A stretch of 64,000 bases of DNA from Chrysomallon squamiferum (GCA_012295275.1 CM022667.1:4340001-4404000); one strand, 5' to 3'. Counted from the first letter of the stretch, positions 1-14,200 are shown. The notes: a model not told the origin generated them from the sequence alone. A program made the numbers and translations.

Positions 1-398
1 AATCGCACGTATTGAAACTTTTATGGAAATTATGTAGTTTATCACGGCTGACAATAAATCATTTATTTTATAAATCGATTGTCACAGTTTCTTGCAGTCA
101 CGGGTTCGAAACGACTTCGAGGTTTGTTAAATTTATTAAATATCGACGGTCACTGAGTTTCAAACTGAGTTGAAGAAACTTTTCAAAATAAATACTGTTA
201 ATGAGAAATAATAACTTGGAATTACACTTTTTTTGTTGTTTTTTAATTCAGAAGAATTTTACGTTAATGGTTGTTTTTGCGTTCTGTTGAGTTGAGGTTT
301 GGTTCACGTGTACTGACAGGGAGAAGAGAAATGATGTTATTGTATTTTATTTTGATTTATTTGCTCCGATGTTTAATTAGTTTTCACAGATTGTTGTG

Positions 399-612
399 TC
401 TCGAGTTATTTTGTTCTTATTCGAGTTAATTTGTTCTAACCCGAGTTACATTGTACTGCCTTGAGTTACTTTTTTTTTGTTGTTACGTTGTTCGTACTCG
501 CGTTATTTTGTTCTTATAAGTGTTGTTTTTGTTTTAACTCGAATTACATTGTAATGTCTCGACGTAATTTGTTATAACGAGTTATTTTGTTCTGATTCAA
601 GTTATAATTTTA
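399..612. repeat. Degenerate ~20-bp minisatellite (consensus about CTCGAGTTATTTTGTTCTAA)
   Basis: About 10 diverged units: tcgagttattttgttcttat / tcgagttaatttgttctaac / ccgagttacattgtactgcc / tcgcgttattttgttcttat / tcgaattacattgtaatgtc / cgagttattttgttctgatt. Confidence 0.7.
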
Positions 613-764
613 GATGTCTATTTCTACATATGTGAAACAAATTAAAGGTTTATTTATCTTTCTCTGAGTCTGTATTTCTGTCAAACTGAAATATTTTTAA
701 CTTCATTCTCTCTACGTCTACACAGATTTTATATCTCACTAACTCGTTATCTTTTTGTAATAAT

Positions 765-885
<121 letters not shown>

Positions 886-1939
886 CTTTAAATAAATAAG
901 AATGTTAAATAAATAAGAATGTTAAATAAATACCACAAAAACAAAATACCTCCCAAAGACGAATTTCTCCAAAACAAATAACCCAGACAATCAAATACAC
1001 TGGCAGATTAATTTAGAGACATCGTGTAAAAATCCTTAAATCTCCTTACCGAGAGAGCCTAAAAGGAATCCAATTAAATACTCAATTCTAGGTTTTGCCA
1101 ATGAAAAATTGCCAGAGATGAAAACCTTCAAAGTACAGAGGAAGAGTGAACGGTTTCATTCACCGACGGAATTTTTGTCTGAGTGGTAGACTAAAGGTTT
1201 TTGTACGAGTGTTTTCAGATTCATGTACGTCTTCTTGACATCATTTCTACTAAGAGTATTTTTTTTTTCTTTACCCATTCATGAATATTAATTTTATTTA
1301 CACAGAAAAAAAAAAGAGAAAAAATTAATATTAAATGTCAGACTTACTTTATTGAAAATTTTTATTATTTAAATGCTATTTGTATCTGTATATGTATGTA
1401 TATATATATATATGTATGTATTGTTACGATTGGATAATAAATATATGGAGAGAGACAGAGAGAGAGACACAGCGAGAGAGAGAGATTGAGAGAGATTGAA
1501 AAACTGACCTACATAAACAGTCTGACATGTATACATTGACCGAGTTATAGGTAAATACATGGGTAGATGGTTAGTTGGGTAAATACTATTTGTAGACAAT
1601 AATGACAACGATGATGATGATAATAATAATAAGTATAAATGTGTAACTATTCTCAGTAGGTGGTTAGAAGATGAGTCAATGATAGAAATCTACCAAGAAG
1701 AAATTATTAACGTATCTCTGATTTAGCTGTTTGTTTATGTGCACGTTACTCCAACCCACGGGAATCTTCGTACACGGGCAATGGGAAAAAAAAACAAAAC
1801 AATAAAAAACGTTTTCTCTACTCTTATTGAGCAGGTGTGCTTTTGCGTGCGGGCGTGCGCGCGCGTTTGTATGTGTGTGTGTGCGTGTGTGTATGTATGT
1901 ATATATATATAAATATATAGTTTATATGTTTTAAGTGTA

Positions 1940-3135
1940 TGTTAAATGATTTCACATTACTGTAGTTCAGACTGTACTGGAGGGGTTGATGGAGTTTCAG
2001 AACAGTTAATACAACTCGAGGTAAATGTTTGTTGACTTGTAATAGTGATTTTAATCTGGACTTCCGTGAAAAACATCCCCGATCCATCTCCGCTCGTCTG
2101 CTTATCAGAACTACCCGGCTTTTTGTTTATCATTAATTCAATCAGAACTGGTAAAGATGTTTACGACTGTTTTTCGTAAATTCTTTAGCACCAACCAGAC
2201 ACTTATCTCGTCTACGGGATCGCATCAACAACACTGAACAATGCATACAAAAAGATCATGAGTTATATAAGGCGTATAAAGGAATTCACGGATCTCCTGG
2301 TTTCAGAATTGGACATGACGACCCCAGACCTTTCCAGAACGTTCTTTAAGTGAAATAGAAAACCAACATAGTTATCTAATAAAGCCTACTGGAACGATAT
2401 TCTTCAAACAGTGTGGAATAGTCTGTGTGTAGCTGAACATGGCTGGGTTAAATACAAAACGACCGGTTTATGAAAGTTATTTAAACTCAGTTAATGTTAC
2501 GGCCAGGAATAAGTTTGAACTTTCAAACAAGCAGTAGACAAGATGTCATCAAAACAAACTCATTTGGCGTATGAGTTATCCAACAATCGCTCAAAAGATT
2601 TCTAGAAAAAGAACCAGTAATCACGAAAGGTTTAAACAAATGGGCTGAGTATTTGAAAACTATCTGCAGTGGTTATGAAGAAGACATATTTTCTTTATGT
2701 AGCATTGTGAACATTAGAAATCTTACAAAGAAGAATCACATTTCATCGATCTTAGGAAAGCTTGAGACTCGGTGTAAAGAAACTGTCTTTGGTTTACATT
2801 GTTAAAAGATAGTGGAAGGAGAATATGCATAACGGTATTGTGTGATGATGTAGATTGCTTGGTTAGTGTGAGTGAATATAATTCACCAAGTTTTCAAACA
2901 AAACTGTAAACTTTCACTAACTTTATTCGCGTTATTTATAAACGACTTGGCTGAACAAATCAAAGAACTGGAATGTGGAACTGAACTTGATGATACACGT
3001 GTATCGGTGTTAATACTCGCAGGATGACATCGTCCTGTCAGTTTAAATGTCATGATCATGTTTTGAGAAAACGTTAACAGTTACAAATATCTTGGCATGT
3101 GGTTCGATGAACACCAAATCTGTACGAACTGTATA
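1940..3135 (+). mobile_element. Degenerate non-LTR retrotransposon (LINE) ORF2 relic: end of APE endonuclease, linker and reverse transcriptase; RTE-X/L2-like, clade uncertain
   Basis: Manual translation across stops and frameshifts gives motifs in canonical order: NDFT (~1945); IPDPSPL, resembling the PDHS end of the endonuclease (2075); YWNDILQTVWNSLCVAE (~2387); LNKWAEY (~2632); FIDLRKA*DSV*RNCLWF (2742); KQNCKLSLTLFALFINDLAEQIKELECG (2896); VSVLILA/DDIVL, the YADD box with a frameshift (~3001-3037); YKYLGMWFDEH (3082). Confidence 0.9.
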
Positions 3136-3349
3136 AAACATACACACACACATATATATATAAAGAAATAAAAAGAAATTTAAAAAAGCCACAAAACCAA
3201 AAAACCCACTGCAACCTAAGCACCATATATAAAGAAAAGACAACAAAAAACACAAACAACAAAAAACAAAACAAACAAACAAAACAAACAAAAAAAAGGA
3301 ATGAAAAGAGTAATACAAAAAACGCCAAACCTCACCCCACCCCAGCAAC

Positions 3350-3590
3350 AAAGGAGCCAGTTATTGCAACCATCGTTAATACACGTAACGCTAACACAAA
3401 AACATCGGCTTTGGTTCATTGTATCCACAATACGCTTATTTCAGCAGTTAACAGTTGTTGTGAGGAAGATGTTATTCCTCCTCGCATTCAGATGTACAGA
3501 GATGATTTGATTGTGTGGATTATGAAACTTACTAAACTGTTTTCTGTGCTCGAGTTAACAGTTAGCTAAGACATTTGCCAACAGAATCCT
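3350..3590 (+). mobile_element. Probable continuation (post-RT region) of the same LINE relic after an A-rich insertion
   Basis: Translation EEDVIPPRIQMYRDDLIVWIMKLTKLF loosely resembles the GDxGWxPP...LW...LTK region downstream of RT in this LINE group. Collinear with the RT fragment but weakly similar. Confidence 0.45.
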
Positions 3591-4464
3591 GGTATGTATA
3601 AAAAGGGAAAACAAATTAAAATGAAAAGATGAAGAAGAAGAAAATAAAGAAAATAAAAAATAAATAAATAAGAAAAATGAAATGAATAAAAATGAAATAA
3701 ACAACAACAATAATATTATTATTACTACTATTATTACAAAAATAAAAATGAATGTTTGATGATGACACATTACAAACTATGACTTTAAAAAATAAATATA
3801 TAAATGAAATTTAAAGGCACAAGTAAAATAATCTTTTGCTTTTCTTCATCATTCTCTGACTTATTTCTCAATTGCTTAAATAAAATAAAATAAAAAAAAA
3901 AATTCAAAATGTGCACTTTATGGTAGCTCTGTGAAATCTGTTCAGCTTATATCTTCTGATCTATGGTTGATAGAATGATTTGTAAAAAGGATGAGAGAAA
4001 AATGTTTTGTTTTTTAAATATATTTACTGTTGATTTATAATTATCAACATGACCATCGTCACTATGGATACAGATTGTCACATATTCCGAAGTTGTAGAA
4101 ATACAAGTTGTATTTTCAGTTGTAACATAATGTCTGGGGTCATGTTGAAAATTAAGAATTCTAACAATAAATATATTACAAAAATCAAACATTCTTTAAA
4201 GTTATAATTAATTATTAACTTTGGCGTTAAACACGTTTTCACACACGTAAATAAAAGTTTAAAAACGTCTACATTCACGTGTCTGTTCGCGCAGACGAGG
4301 GATTTTATTATTATTGTTTTATTTTATTTTTGTAGAAACGTGTTTTTGTAACTTGAAGCAAAATAATTAAATAATAATAATAATAAATGAAAATAAAAAA
4401 AAATAAAAAATTCTTTGCTTAAGACGAGAAAAGCTGAAGAGAGAATGATGCTGGATGTTTTTAT

Positions 4465-4483
4465 TGACCGCCAGAGGGCACTG
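4465..4483 (+). promoter_or_regulatory. CTCF-like binding motif
   Basis: tgaCCGCCAGAGGGCACtg fits the CTCF core consensus CC[AG][CG][CT]AG[AG][GT]GGC[AG][CG] without mismatch. Motif only, no binding data. Confidence 0.5.
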
Positions 4484-6971
4484 GCTTGAAAAACATGCAG
4501 TGCATGTACGAACGTACATCATTAGTCAGTTACTATTTGTCAGTCTTGCACGAAACTGAAAATAAAAGTAAATAACATGACTCGTACAAAAAACCGCAGA
4601 AAATAAAACATGATAATAAAAAACAAACAAACAAACAAACAAAAAAAATCCCTGTTAACTAAATAAATATTGCAGTGTTATTTTTCATGCCTTGGATTTT
4701 ATTCGAATTATTGTTTCAGCTGAAAGTTTCAGAATTTTGTTGAAAGGATACAAGACCCCACCAACAAAATTCAGCAGCATTCATGCTGTTGAAAATATTC
4801 AGACTACGCAGTTTCATAGATGTGGGTAAATTTAAAATGTACCTGTATGACACAGCTGTTGCCAATCTCACTGAATCGAGGAACAAAAATCTTCTTTGAC
4901 ATCAAGAAAGCTGATAAATCTAATTTCATGAAAAGTGTCAACACAACTCATTTCGGTATGCAGGGTCACAGTAACTTCTTTTTTTCTTCTTCTTCTTCTT
5001 TTTTAAAGTCACAACATCGATTTTTTTTTTTTTGTGATAATAATAATAATAATAATAATAATATTTCACTGAATAATTTTTAAAGGGATTAAAATGTCGG
5101 TATACATTTATCTTGGTTTGTAATTTACCAGACGTTAAAAACTTTAAATTAAACCAGTGAATCTGAATAAGAACTTGACCTTTATGAGGTCACTACCTCG
5201 TTATTATATTGTGACGAAGGCAAATTGTAGACTGAGTCCGAGCTGATGCAAATTTCTGTCTTAGTCCGCGTGCAACGAGCGAGTTGGACCGAGTTAAACA
5301 TACTCCTTACACGAAACTAATCAGCGGTTCCACGAAAACTGATCCTCGGATTTGTTTCTGAAAGTTCTCTGACTTGTAATTGTTTTGTGATCGAGATTTC
5401 GATGATGAGGAAAGGTCAAGGTTAACCGTAGAGATACCACTGCACGGAAATTCCCTGACAGAAACTCTTAGTTTGTTTATAAGTTTTATAAGATTTTATT
5501 ATTATATTCATTTTGAGGATGGGATATTTATAAAACTAAGCCATAGAAGCACATGCCACCTGCTATGAATTTTATTTTTTCTTCATCGTAAATTTGACTT
5601 CGTTTTATATTGTTATTATTATTACTATTATTATTCACGAAACATTATTTCATTCTGTTTTTTGAATATGTCTTTGTTTATCTCATTATCAGCGTACACT
5701 TCATGTATTCATTTCTTCTCAATTTTTCTTCTTTCATGAAATCTACGAATTTAAAAAAAAAAAAAAAAAAAAACGTAATCTCTTGTTTAAGTCTTTTGAT
5801 CTTTATGTCCGCATCTGTTGTTTTTTATGGGTTTTTATAATTTCTACTAATTCTTCAGACTTTCAGAAACCTGTTCAAGCACGTTTGTAATGGATGTCTG
5901 ACAGAACTGTTATTTCAGTGCTGTTGCTTTTTTTCTGTGTTTATTTGGGTGTGTTCAGTTTAAGAGTTTTTCTGTGTAATTGTTAAACGATTTTGTCAGG
6001 TAACCATTGGTTTAATAGATAACATGCTACCTGTGTGTCTGTGTGTATATATATAGAGATATATTATTCAAAATTAATTCTTTAATGTTGCAATTGCTGG
6101 TTTAGATCTTAAGAGACTGTTACGAAAATCGTTTCTTAAAAACAAATAATAAGAAATAAATTATTTATTTTCATTTTTTATTATTATGTGGGTTTTTTTA
6201 TAATATATTTTGCGGCGGATATATCTGCATGTACAGTGATATACGTAGAGCAGCAACACAGTTAATGCGCACGAATCAGCTGCTGTCGAGAATGATAAAG
6301 CTGAAAAATTTAATTTTGTTTAGTTTTGTATTATTTAGGGTTGCAGTATAGCCTCAGCATAGCCTCAGACCAGTTTTACTTTCATAGTATACATCTATAT
6401 CTGAATACATTAACCAGTTATTACACGCGCGCGCGCACACACACACGCACGAACACACACACACACATACTCACACAAATAACACACATACATGGACACA
6501 CATAAACGTAACATACACACAAAAAACAAAAACAAAGATGCATGCACACACATACACGCACACACATACAGACACTGACATACATACGCACTTATACCTG
6601 CCACATACATATATATATAAACAGACACAGTTAAACCCATGAACCTAAATAGAGATTAATTTAATGGAACCAGATATAGCAGCTTAAATGAGACTAAACA
6701 AAAAAACAAGCAATCTAATCTAACCTGTACAAAGCGATGATTCTGTAAACGATTTAAACTGTCGTTGTTTTCTTTACAAAACTCTGCGTTTTTGATATCG
6801 GAGCAAACAATTTGACTACAGAAGCTGCCGAAAGAGATGTTTCCTATCGTTGAACGGTATAATATAGATTTGTTTTGAATTCACAATTATTTTTTTTTAT
6901 ATAAGTAGTAATAACATATTATATACTTATGCATGTTATTTTAAATTAATTTTGTTATCATATGCTTTTTT

Positions 6972-7023
6972 TCTTCTTCTTCTTCTTCTTCTTCTTCTTC
7001 TTCTTCTTCTTCTTCTTCTTCTT

Positions 7024-7052
<29 letters not shown>
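6972..7052. repeat. (CTT)n microsatellite
   Basis: Pure trinucleotide run that produces the poly-L/poly-R pseudo-ORFs. Confidence 0.98.
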
Positions 7053-7054
<2 letters not shown>

Positions 7055-7111
7055 TTATTATTATTAACATTTTGATAACATTTTTGAAGAAATGTGGACT
7101 AAACTTGCTTC

Positions 7112-7162
7112 TAGGGGCCATGGAGCTTAAGCTTCATTACTTTCTGAGCATATCTGCCCCTG
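7112..7162. mobile_element. Possible terminal remnant of a MITE with a CAGGGGC-type terminal inverted repeat
   Basis: ggggccatggagcttaagcttcattac...atatctgcccctg resembles the ...GCCCCTG end of common non-autonomous hAT-like elements. A similar end (ctaattactgcccctg) is at 17797-17812. The partner TIR was not found. Confidence 0.3.
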
Positions 7163-8188
7163 GTCCTATAGTTATTTCTATCACTATTAGTAGCAGATAA
7201 TAGTATTACTACTACTGCTACTGTAATAACTACTTTTACTGTTGTTGCTATACTAATATTACTACTACTTATTTACTGCTACTATTATTTCTGCTACTGA
7301 TATTACTGCTACTACTACTAACGTTTTCTTCATGAGATTGTTACAATTTATTTTAATTTTCTCTTAAAATATAATCTTTGCCATTTAATTTATATTATAT
7401 ACATACGTGCATACACATACACGTACGTACATCGTACATACATAAACACAACATACGTACATATACATATATACACATGCATACACACATGCACACATAT
7501 ACACATGCATACGTGATAAAATGGGATTTTTCGCGAAGTTCATTATGTCCGTGCTAGCACTAGTATCCACAGACATGCGCGATCTTCATAAAGTGTTGTA
7601 GTCTGCGAAACAAAAACACTTTTAGCAGCTAAGAATACATATATAATCACTGCTTTACTTTTTATTTATTTATTTTTTATTTTTCATTTGCTGTTATAGA
7701 AGTAATTTTAATTTTTTTCTGTTATAGAATTTTCCTAAAAAAAAAAAAAAAAAAAGCTTCATATAATCAACCAGATGAAAAACAAAAGATGATTGTTGTT
7801 CTCCTCAAAAACTGGTTTAGCTTGTAGATCAGGTATTTACCTTTATTTATGCAAAATATTATCAATATCTTCCATTTTCCACTGTTCTAGATTCAGCCCA
7901 AATCATCCGTTTGTCGGTTTGTCGGTCGTAAATAAGCCATTATGGCCGCCTGTTGCGTCACGTGATCCAATACTGCTCTTTGATTGGATGCTTATTTTTG
8001 TTTTACTTCAGTGGATTAAATCCTTATCATTACATTTATATAAAAATTAATTTCGTATAACTTCATAATTTTAATTGCATGCAGTGAACTTGATATCCTG
8101 AAAGTTTTATCGAGTTATCTTGCTTTTCAAGGGAGACTGATAATTTAACGAACTGCGCTAACAGATTTGTTGCAGTAAACCTTGAAAA

Positions 8189-8227
<39 letters not shown>

Positions 8228-8417
8228 ATGGGCCAAAATTACAGGAATTTTCGAAACATAAGATTCCTATTACTCCGTTATATATTATCATAAATATAGT
8301 AGGGGAGGGGGGGGTTCTCCATGCTCTTTTCAATGATGTAGGAATAACTTTAATTTGACTTTCATTTTTGGTTTTGTTACTTACCTACCTACCTACCCAT
8401 CTATCTACATATCCACA

Positions 8418-8452
<35 letters not shown>

Positions 8453-9041
8453 GTATACACAAACATAAATGTTACTACTAATACTGCATTGTTTAGAAAT
8501 ATAAATGGACTGGAACCAGAAGAGGAAAGAAGAAGAAGAAGAAGAAGAAGAAAAGAAATCTAGAGACAGATTTAGAAAATGTACTAGAATCTCTAGGGGG
8601 GGGGGGGAAAAAAAAAAAAAAAAAAAAATTATAATAATAATAATAAAGGAAGAAACGTATTTAAAAAAAAAACAAGAAAAAAAAGCTAACCACTGCGAAA
8701 GTGATAATTCACTTGACTGGAGATTTGCACAGATTTGCATGTAGTCCAGGCGACAATTTCGCGAACGTAGTAGGAACGCGTCGATGACGTCACTGGTTAT
8801 GTCGTTAAGAATGTCCTAGACTGCAGTGAATTGCTCTTGCTATGTTCATTGCCTGAAAAGTGGTTCTCCATTAAAAAAAATAATAATAAAATAAAAAAAA
8901 AATAAAAAAATTGATAAAAAAAATAAAAAAATAAAAAAAAAAATAAAATAAAATAAAAAAAAAAAAAAAAATTGATAAAAAAAATAAAATAAAATAATAA
9001 TAATAAAAATAATAAAAAATAAAACAAAAAAAAAATAATAA

Positions 9042-9085
<44 letters not shown>

Positions 9086-9994
9086 GTGTTTTTAAAAATC
9101 TACATCAATTAAGTCCGATTTGTTTTTTGTTTTTTTCTCTACTTCTTGTTTTTTTTTTCTTTCGTACGTCTAAATTAAAGTGATTTTAATGATGCAATTA
9201 ATGCTCTTATAACAGACGTTACAACGCATTAAAATATTTTTGTCTAACACACGTAACAGCGTAAGCCTTTTTGTGTCAAGACGCCATTTTTTTTAATGAC
9301 ATCTTCAATAATAGAGGCCACTTATATCATCAATAAATGTTGAATAAAAAAATAGAAAAAGAAAAAGAAAAAGCTTCTTCAATTAATTAATTAGGATTTG
9401 AACGTATTCTGTGTGAAGAATTCTTTTAAATAGGACATCAGTGAGGAAGTACGTGTCACAGATTTTGATGTAAGAGTTGTCTGGTATGTCGCTATGGCAA
9501 TACCAACTGAATATAAAAAAAAATAATAATAAAAAAAACCCCAGAAATATTGAAAAGTTTGGAATTTTATTTATTTACTTTTTGTTTTGTTTAATAGAAA
9601 GAGAGAATTTTTTTGCGTTCTTATATAGTGGTGAAGTATTTGTTGTTCTTATTAGATTGTTTAAATCATTTAAGGTTAGAAAATGGAAACAAGAAGCGTA
9701 GATAGACAGATACAAAATACAGGGATAAAGAGAAGAAGAACAGAGAGAGAAGGGGGGGAGAGAGTACAAAAGAGGGAAGAAAGGAACAAAACTGTAATGA
9801 ATGTATGAAGAAATAAAGTCAAAAGTAAGGAATGAATACAGAAAAAAAAAGTCAATAATGTTTCTGTATTTCATTCCAAACGTTAAGTGTTTGCACCTAA
9901 TAAAGATTGTTTTGTCTTCTCTTTGTTGTTTTAAGAAGCAGTGATTGTGTGGGATCCCTTATGTTTTACCTAAAGTTACATGAAAAAGGAAAAA

Positions 9995-10028
<34 letters not shown>

Positions 10029-10218
10029 CCGATTAAAATTATAAACACACACATACACACGATACCCCCAACAGCAAGCAAACAAACAAACAACAAAAAG
10101 TAATTAAATTAATAAGTAAACAAACAAGCAAACAAACAAATAAATAAATAAATAAATAAAAAAGAAAACTCCTCCTCTAGGCAGAAAGGAAATAATCCCA
10201 GACAATTATGAGAAGGAA

Positions 10219-10250
<32 letters not shown>

Positions 10251-10634
10251 ATTTTTTTCACAATCTGTGATGTTCTTGTTTTTCTCCACAAAACCTCACC
10301 GCTGTGATAGATTATAAGCTTGTTTTTTGCGAGATTCCGCATCCGAAACTGCTCGAGGATAATTTAACAAGAGGACAGTTAACCGTTTTGATTCTGATTG
10401 ATTCGCGGTTGAAACCTGGCAATGTGCTAATCACTGCTCTTTGAAAAGCACTTTATGATGGCTGCCACCGATAAACTATCGTCTGCTTTTGTGCCACTTC
10501 GCGCGCTCTTTCTTTGACGACATCTTTAATCATCCGCTGTAAGTAGTTCCTGCGCTGATCTTTGATACAAAACACGACGTAGTCTGGGTTACCGGCAAAC
10601 AGACGCAGATTAATTAGTCAAAGCGCTGTGGCTT

Positions 10635-10770
10635 ACTGGCAAAGTCACTAACCATAAAACTGATACACACTGGTAAAGTCACTAACCTTAAAACTGATAC
10701 ACACTGGTAAAGTCACTAACCTTAAAACTGATACATACTGGTAAAGTCACTAACCTTAAAACTGATATGC
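10635..10770. repeat. Short 34-bp satellite array (about 4 units), first cassette copy
   Basis: Units of actggtaaagtcactaaccttaaaactgatacac, the same family as the large array at 11255-17350. Confidence 0.9.
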
Positions 10771-10789
10771 TGGCGGTGTTCTTAAAACT

Positions 10790-11116
10790 CAAATATACTG
10801 TAATGTTCGGTCAAGTTTTTATTTTTATTTTTTAAATCATACAAACTCTAATGTTAGGTCAATGTTCTTAAAACTTATACAAACTGTAATGTTAGGTCAA
10901 TGTTCTTAAAACGCATACAAACTGTTAGGTCAACGTTCTTAAAACGCATACAAACTAATGTTAGGTCAACGTTCTTAAAACGCATACAAACTCTAATGTT
11001 AGGTCAACGGTCTTAAAACGCATACAAACTCTAATGTTAGGTCAACATTCTTAAAACCCATACAAACTCTAATGTTAGGTCAACGTTCTTAAAACGCATA
11101 CAAACTCTAATGTTAG
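10790..11116. repeat. 38-bp minisatellite (ctctaatgttaggtcaacgttcttaaaacgcatacaaa), about 8 units
   Basis: Period of 38 checked (10991 to 11029). About 2.5 further units recur at 17350-17446. Confidence 0.92.
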
Positions 11117-11250
11117 ATGAACGTCCTGGTACTTGTACAGGCTTCTATCAACACTTAAACACTGGGCAATCTGAGATCTGAAAACCACGATATGTACAGA
11201 TACACCCGCCAGAACCATTACTGGTGTTTATTATTAATAATTAAAAACAA
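11117..11250 (+). repeat. Unique ~135-bp tail, direct repeat copy 1
   Basis: atgaacgtcctggtacttgtacaggcttc...ccagaaccattactggtgtttattatt...aattaaaaacaa is near-identical to 17447-17583 (offset 6330 bp). Confidence 0.95.
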
Positions 11251-11254
11251 CATT

Positions 11255-14200
11255 AAAACTGGTATATACTGGTAAAGTCACTAACCTTAAAACTGGTACA
11301 TACATGTAAAGTCATTAACCTTAAAACTGGTATATACCTGTAAAGTCACTAACCTTAAAACTGGTATATACCGGTTAAGTCACGAACAATAAAACTGGTA
11401 TATAACGGTAAAGTCACTAACCTTAAAACTGGTTTATACTGGTAAAGTCACTATCCTTAAAACTGGATTATACTGGTAAAGTCACTATCCTTAAAACTGG
11501 TTTATACTGGAAAAGTCACTATCCTTAAAACTGGTTTATACTGGTTCGGTCATTAACCTTAAAACTGGTTTATACTGGTTCTGTCACTATCCTTGAAACT
11601 GGATTAAACTGGTAAAGTCACAATCCCAAAAACTGGTTTATACTGGTTCGGTCACTATCCTTAAAACTGGTTTATACTGGTTCGGTCACTAACCTTAAAA
11701 CTGGTTTATACTGGTAAAGTCACTATCCTTAAAACTGGATTATACTGGTAAAGTCACTATCCTTAAAACTGGTTTATACTGGTAAAGTCACTATCCTTAA
11801 AACTGGTTTATACTGGTAAAGTCACTAACCTTAAAACTGGTATATACTGGAAAAGTCACTAACCTTAAAACTGGTTTATACTGGTAAAGTCACTAACCTT
11901 AAAACTGGTTTATACTGGAAAAGTCACTAACCTTAAAACTGGTTTATACTGGTTCGGTCACTATCCTTAAAACTGGTTTATACTGGTAAAGTCACTAACC
12001 TTAAAACTGGTATATACTGGTAAAGTCACTAACCTTAAAACTGGTTTATTAAAAGGTTTATACTGGTAAAGTCACTAACCTTAAAACTGGTTTATACAGG
12101 TAAAGTCACTAACCTTAAAACTGGGTTTAAAACTGGTATATACTGGTAAAGTCACTAACCTTAAAACTGGTATATACTGGTAAAGTCACTAACCTTAAAA
12201 CTGGTTTATACTGGTTCAGTCACTATCCTTAAAACTGGTTTATACTGGTAAAGTCACTAACCTTAAAACTGGTATATACTGGAAAAGTCACTAACCTTAA
12301 AATACTGGTAAAGTCACTAACCTTAAAACTGGTTTATACTGGTAAAGTCACTAACCTTAAAACTGGTTTATACTGGAAAAGTCACTAACCTTAAAACTGG
12401 TTTATACTGGTTCGGTCACTATCCTTGAAACTGGATTATACTGGTAAAGTCACTAACCTTAAAACTGGTTTATACTGGAAGAGTCACTAACCTTAAAACT
12501 GGTTTATACTGGTTCTGTCACTATCCTTGAAACTGGATTTAACTGGTAAAGTCACAATCCTTAAAACTGGTTTATACTGGTTCGGTCACTATCCTTAAAA
12601 CTGGTTTATACTGGTTCGGTCACTAACCTTAAAACTGGTTTATACTGGTAAAGTCACTATCCTTAAAACTGGATTATACTGGTAAAGTCACTATCCTTAA
12701 AACTGGTTTATACTGGAAAAGTCACTATCCTTAAAACTGGTTTATACTGGTAAAGTCACTAACCTTAAAACTGGTATATACTGGAAAAGTCACTAACCTT
12801 AAAACTGGTTTATACTGGTAAAGTCACTAACCTTAAAACTGGTTTATACTGGTTTAACTATCCTTAAAACTGGGTAAAACTGGTTTATACTGGTTCGGTC
12901 ACTAACCTTAAAACTGGTTTATACTGGTAAAGTCACTAACCTTAAAACTGGTTTTCTGGGTCACTAACCTTAAAACTGGTTTATACTGGTAAAAGTCACT
13001 ATCCTTAAAACTGGTTTATACTGGTAAAAAAGTCACTAACCTTAAAAACTGGTTTATACTGGTAAAAGTCACTATCCTTAAAACTGGTTTATACTGGTAA
13101 AAGACACTAATCCTTAAAACTGGTTTATACTGGTAAAAAAGTCACTAACCTTAAAACTGGTATATACTGGTAAAAGTCACTAACCTTAAAACTGGTTTAT
13201 ACTGGAAAAGTCACTAACCTTAAAACTGGTTTATACTGGAAAAGTCACTAACCTTAAAACTGGTTTATACTGGTAAAGTCACTAACCTTAAAACTGGTTT
13301 ATACTGGAAAAGTCACTAACCTTAAAACTGGTTTATACTGTAAAGACACTAACCTTAAAACTGGTTTATACTGGTAAAGTCACTATCCTTAAAACTGGTT
13401 TATACTGGAAAAGTCACTAACCTTAAAACTGGTTTATACTGGTTCGGTCACTATCCTTAAAACTGGTTTATACTGGTAAAGTCACTAACCTTAAAACTGG
13501 TATATACTGGAAAAGTCACTAACCTTAAAACTGGTTTATACTGGAAAAGTCACTAACCTTAAAACTGGTTTATACTGGAAAAGTCACTAACCTTAAAACT
13601 GGTTTATACTGGTTCGGTCACTAACCTTAAAACTGGTTTATACTGGTAAAGTCACTATCCTTGAAACTGGATTAAACTGGTAAAATCACTATCCTTAAAA
13701 CTGGTTTATACTGGTTCGGTCACTATCCTTAAAACTGGTTTATACTGGTTCGGTCACTAACCTTAAAACTGGTTTATACTGGTAAAGTCACTAACCTTAA
13801 AACTGGTTTATACTGGAAAAGTCACTAACCTTAAAACTGGTTTATACTGGTAAAGTCACTAACCTTAAAACTGGTTTATACTGGTTCGGTCACTATCCTT
13901 AAAACTGGATTATACTGGAAAAAGTGGTAAAACTGGTCACTAGTCCTTAAAACTGGTTTATACTGGAAAAGTCACTAACATTAAAACTGGTTTATACTGG
14001 TTCTGGTTTATACTGGTTCGGTCACTATCCTTAAAACTGGTTTATACTGGTTCACTATCCTTAAAACTGGTTTATACTGGTAAAGTCACTATCCTTAAAA
14101 CTGGTTTATACTGGTTCGGTCACTATCCTTAAAACTGGTTTATACTGGTTCGGTCACTAACCTTAAAACTGGTTTATACTGGAAAAGTCACTATCCTTAA

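Noticed and set aside
1051-1059. 9-nt minus-strand micro-exon (ttttag|GCTCTCTCG|gtaagg)
   Set aside because: Such a short pattern is expected by chance and no other minus-strand coding exons support it.
1971-2020. 50-nt exon candidate (cag|ACTG...CGAG|gtaaat; CTGGVDGVSEQLIQLE)
   Set aside because: It lies within the endonuclease part of the LINE relic, so the splice-like signals are probably coincidental.
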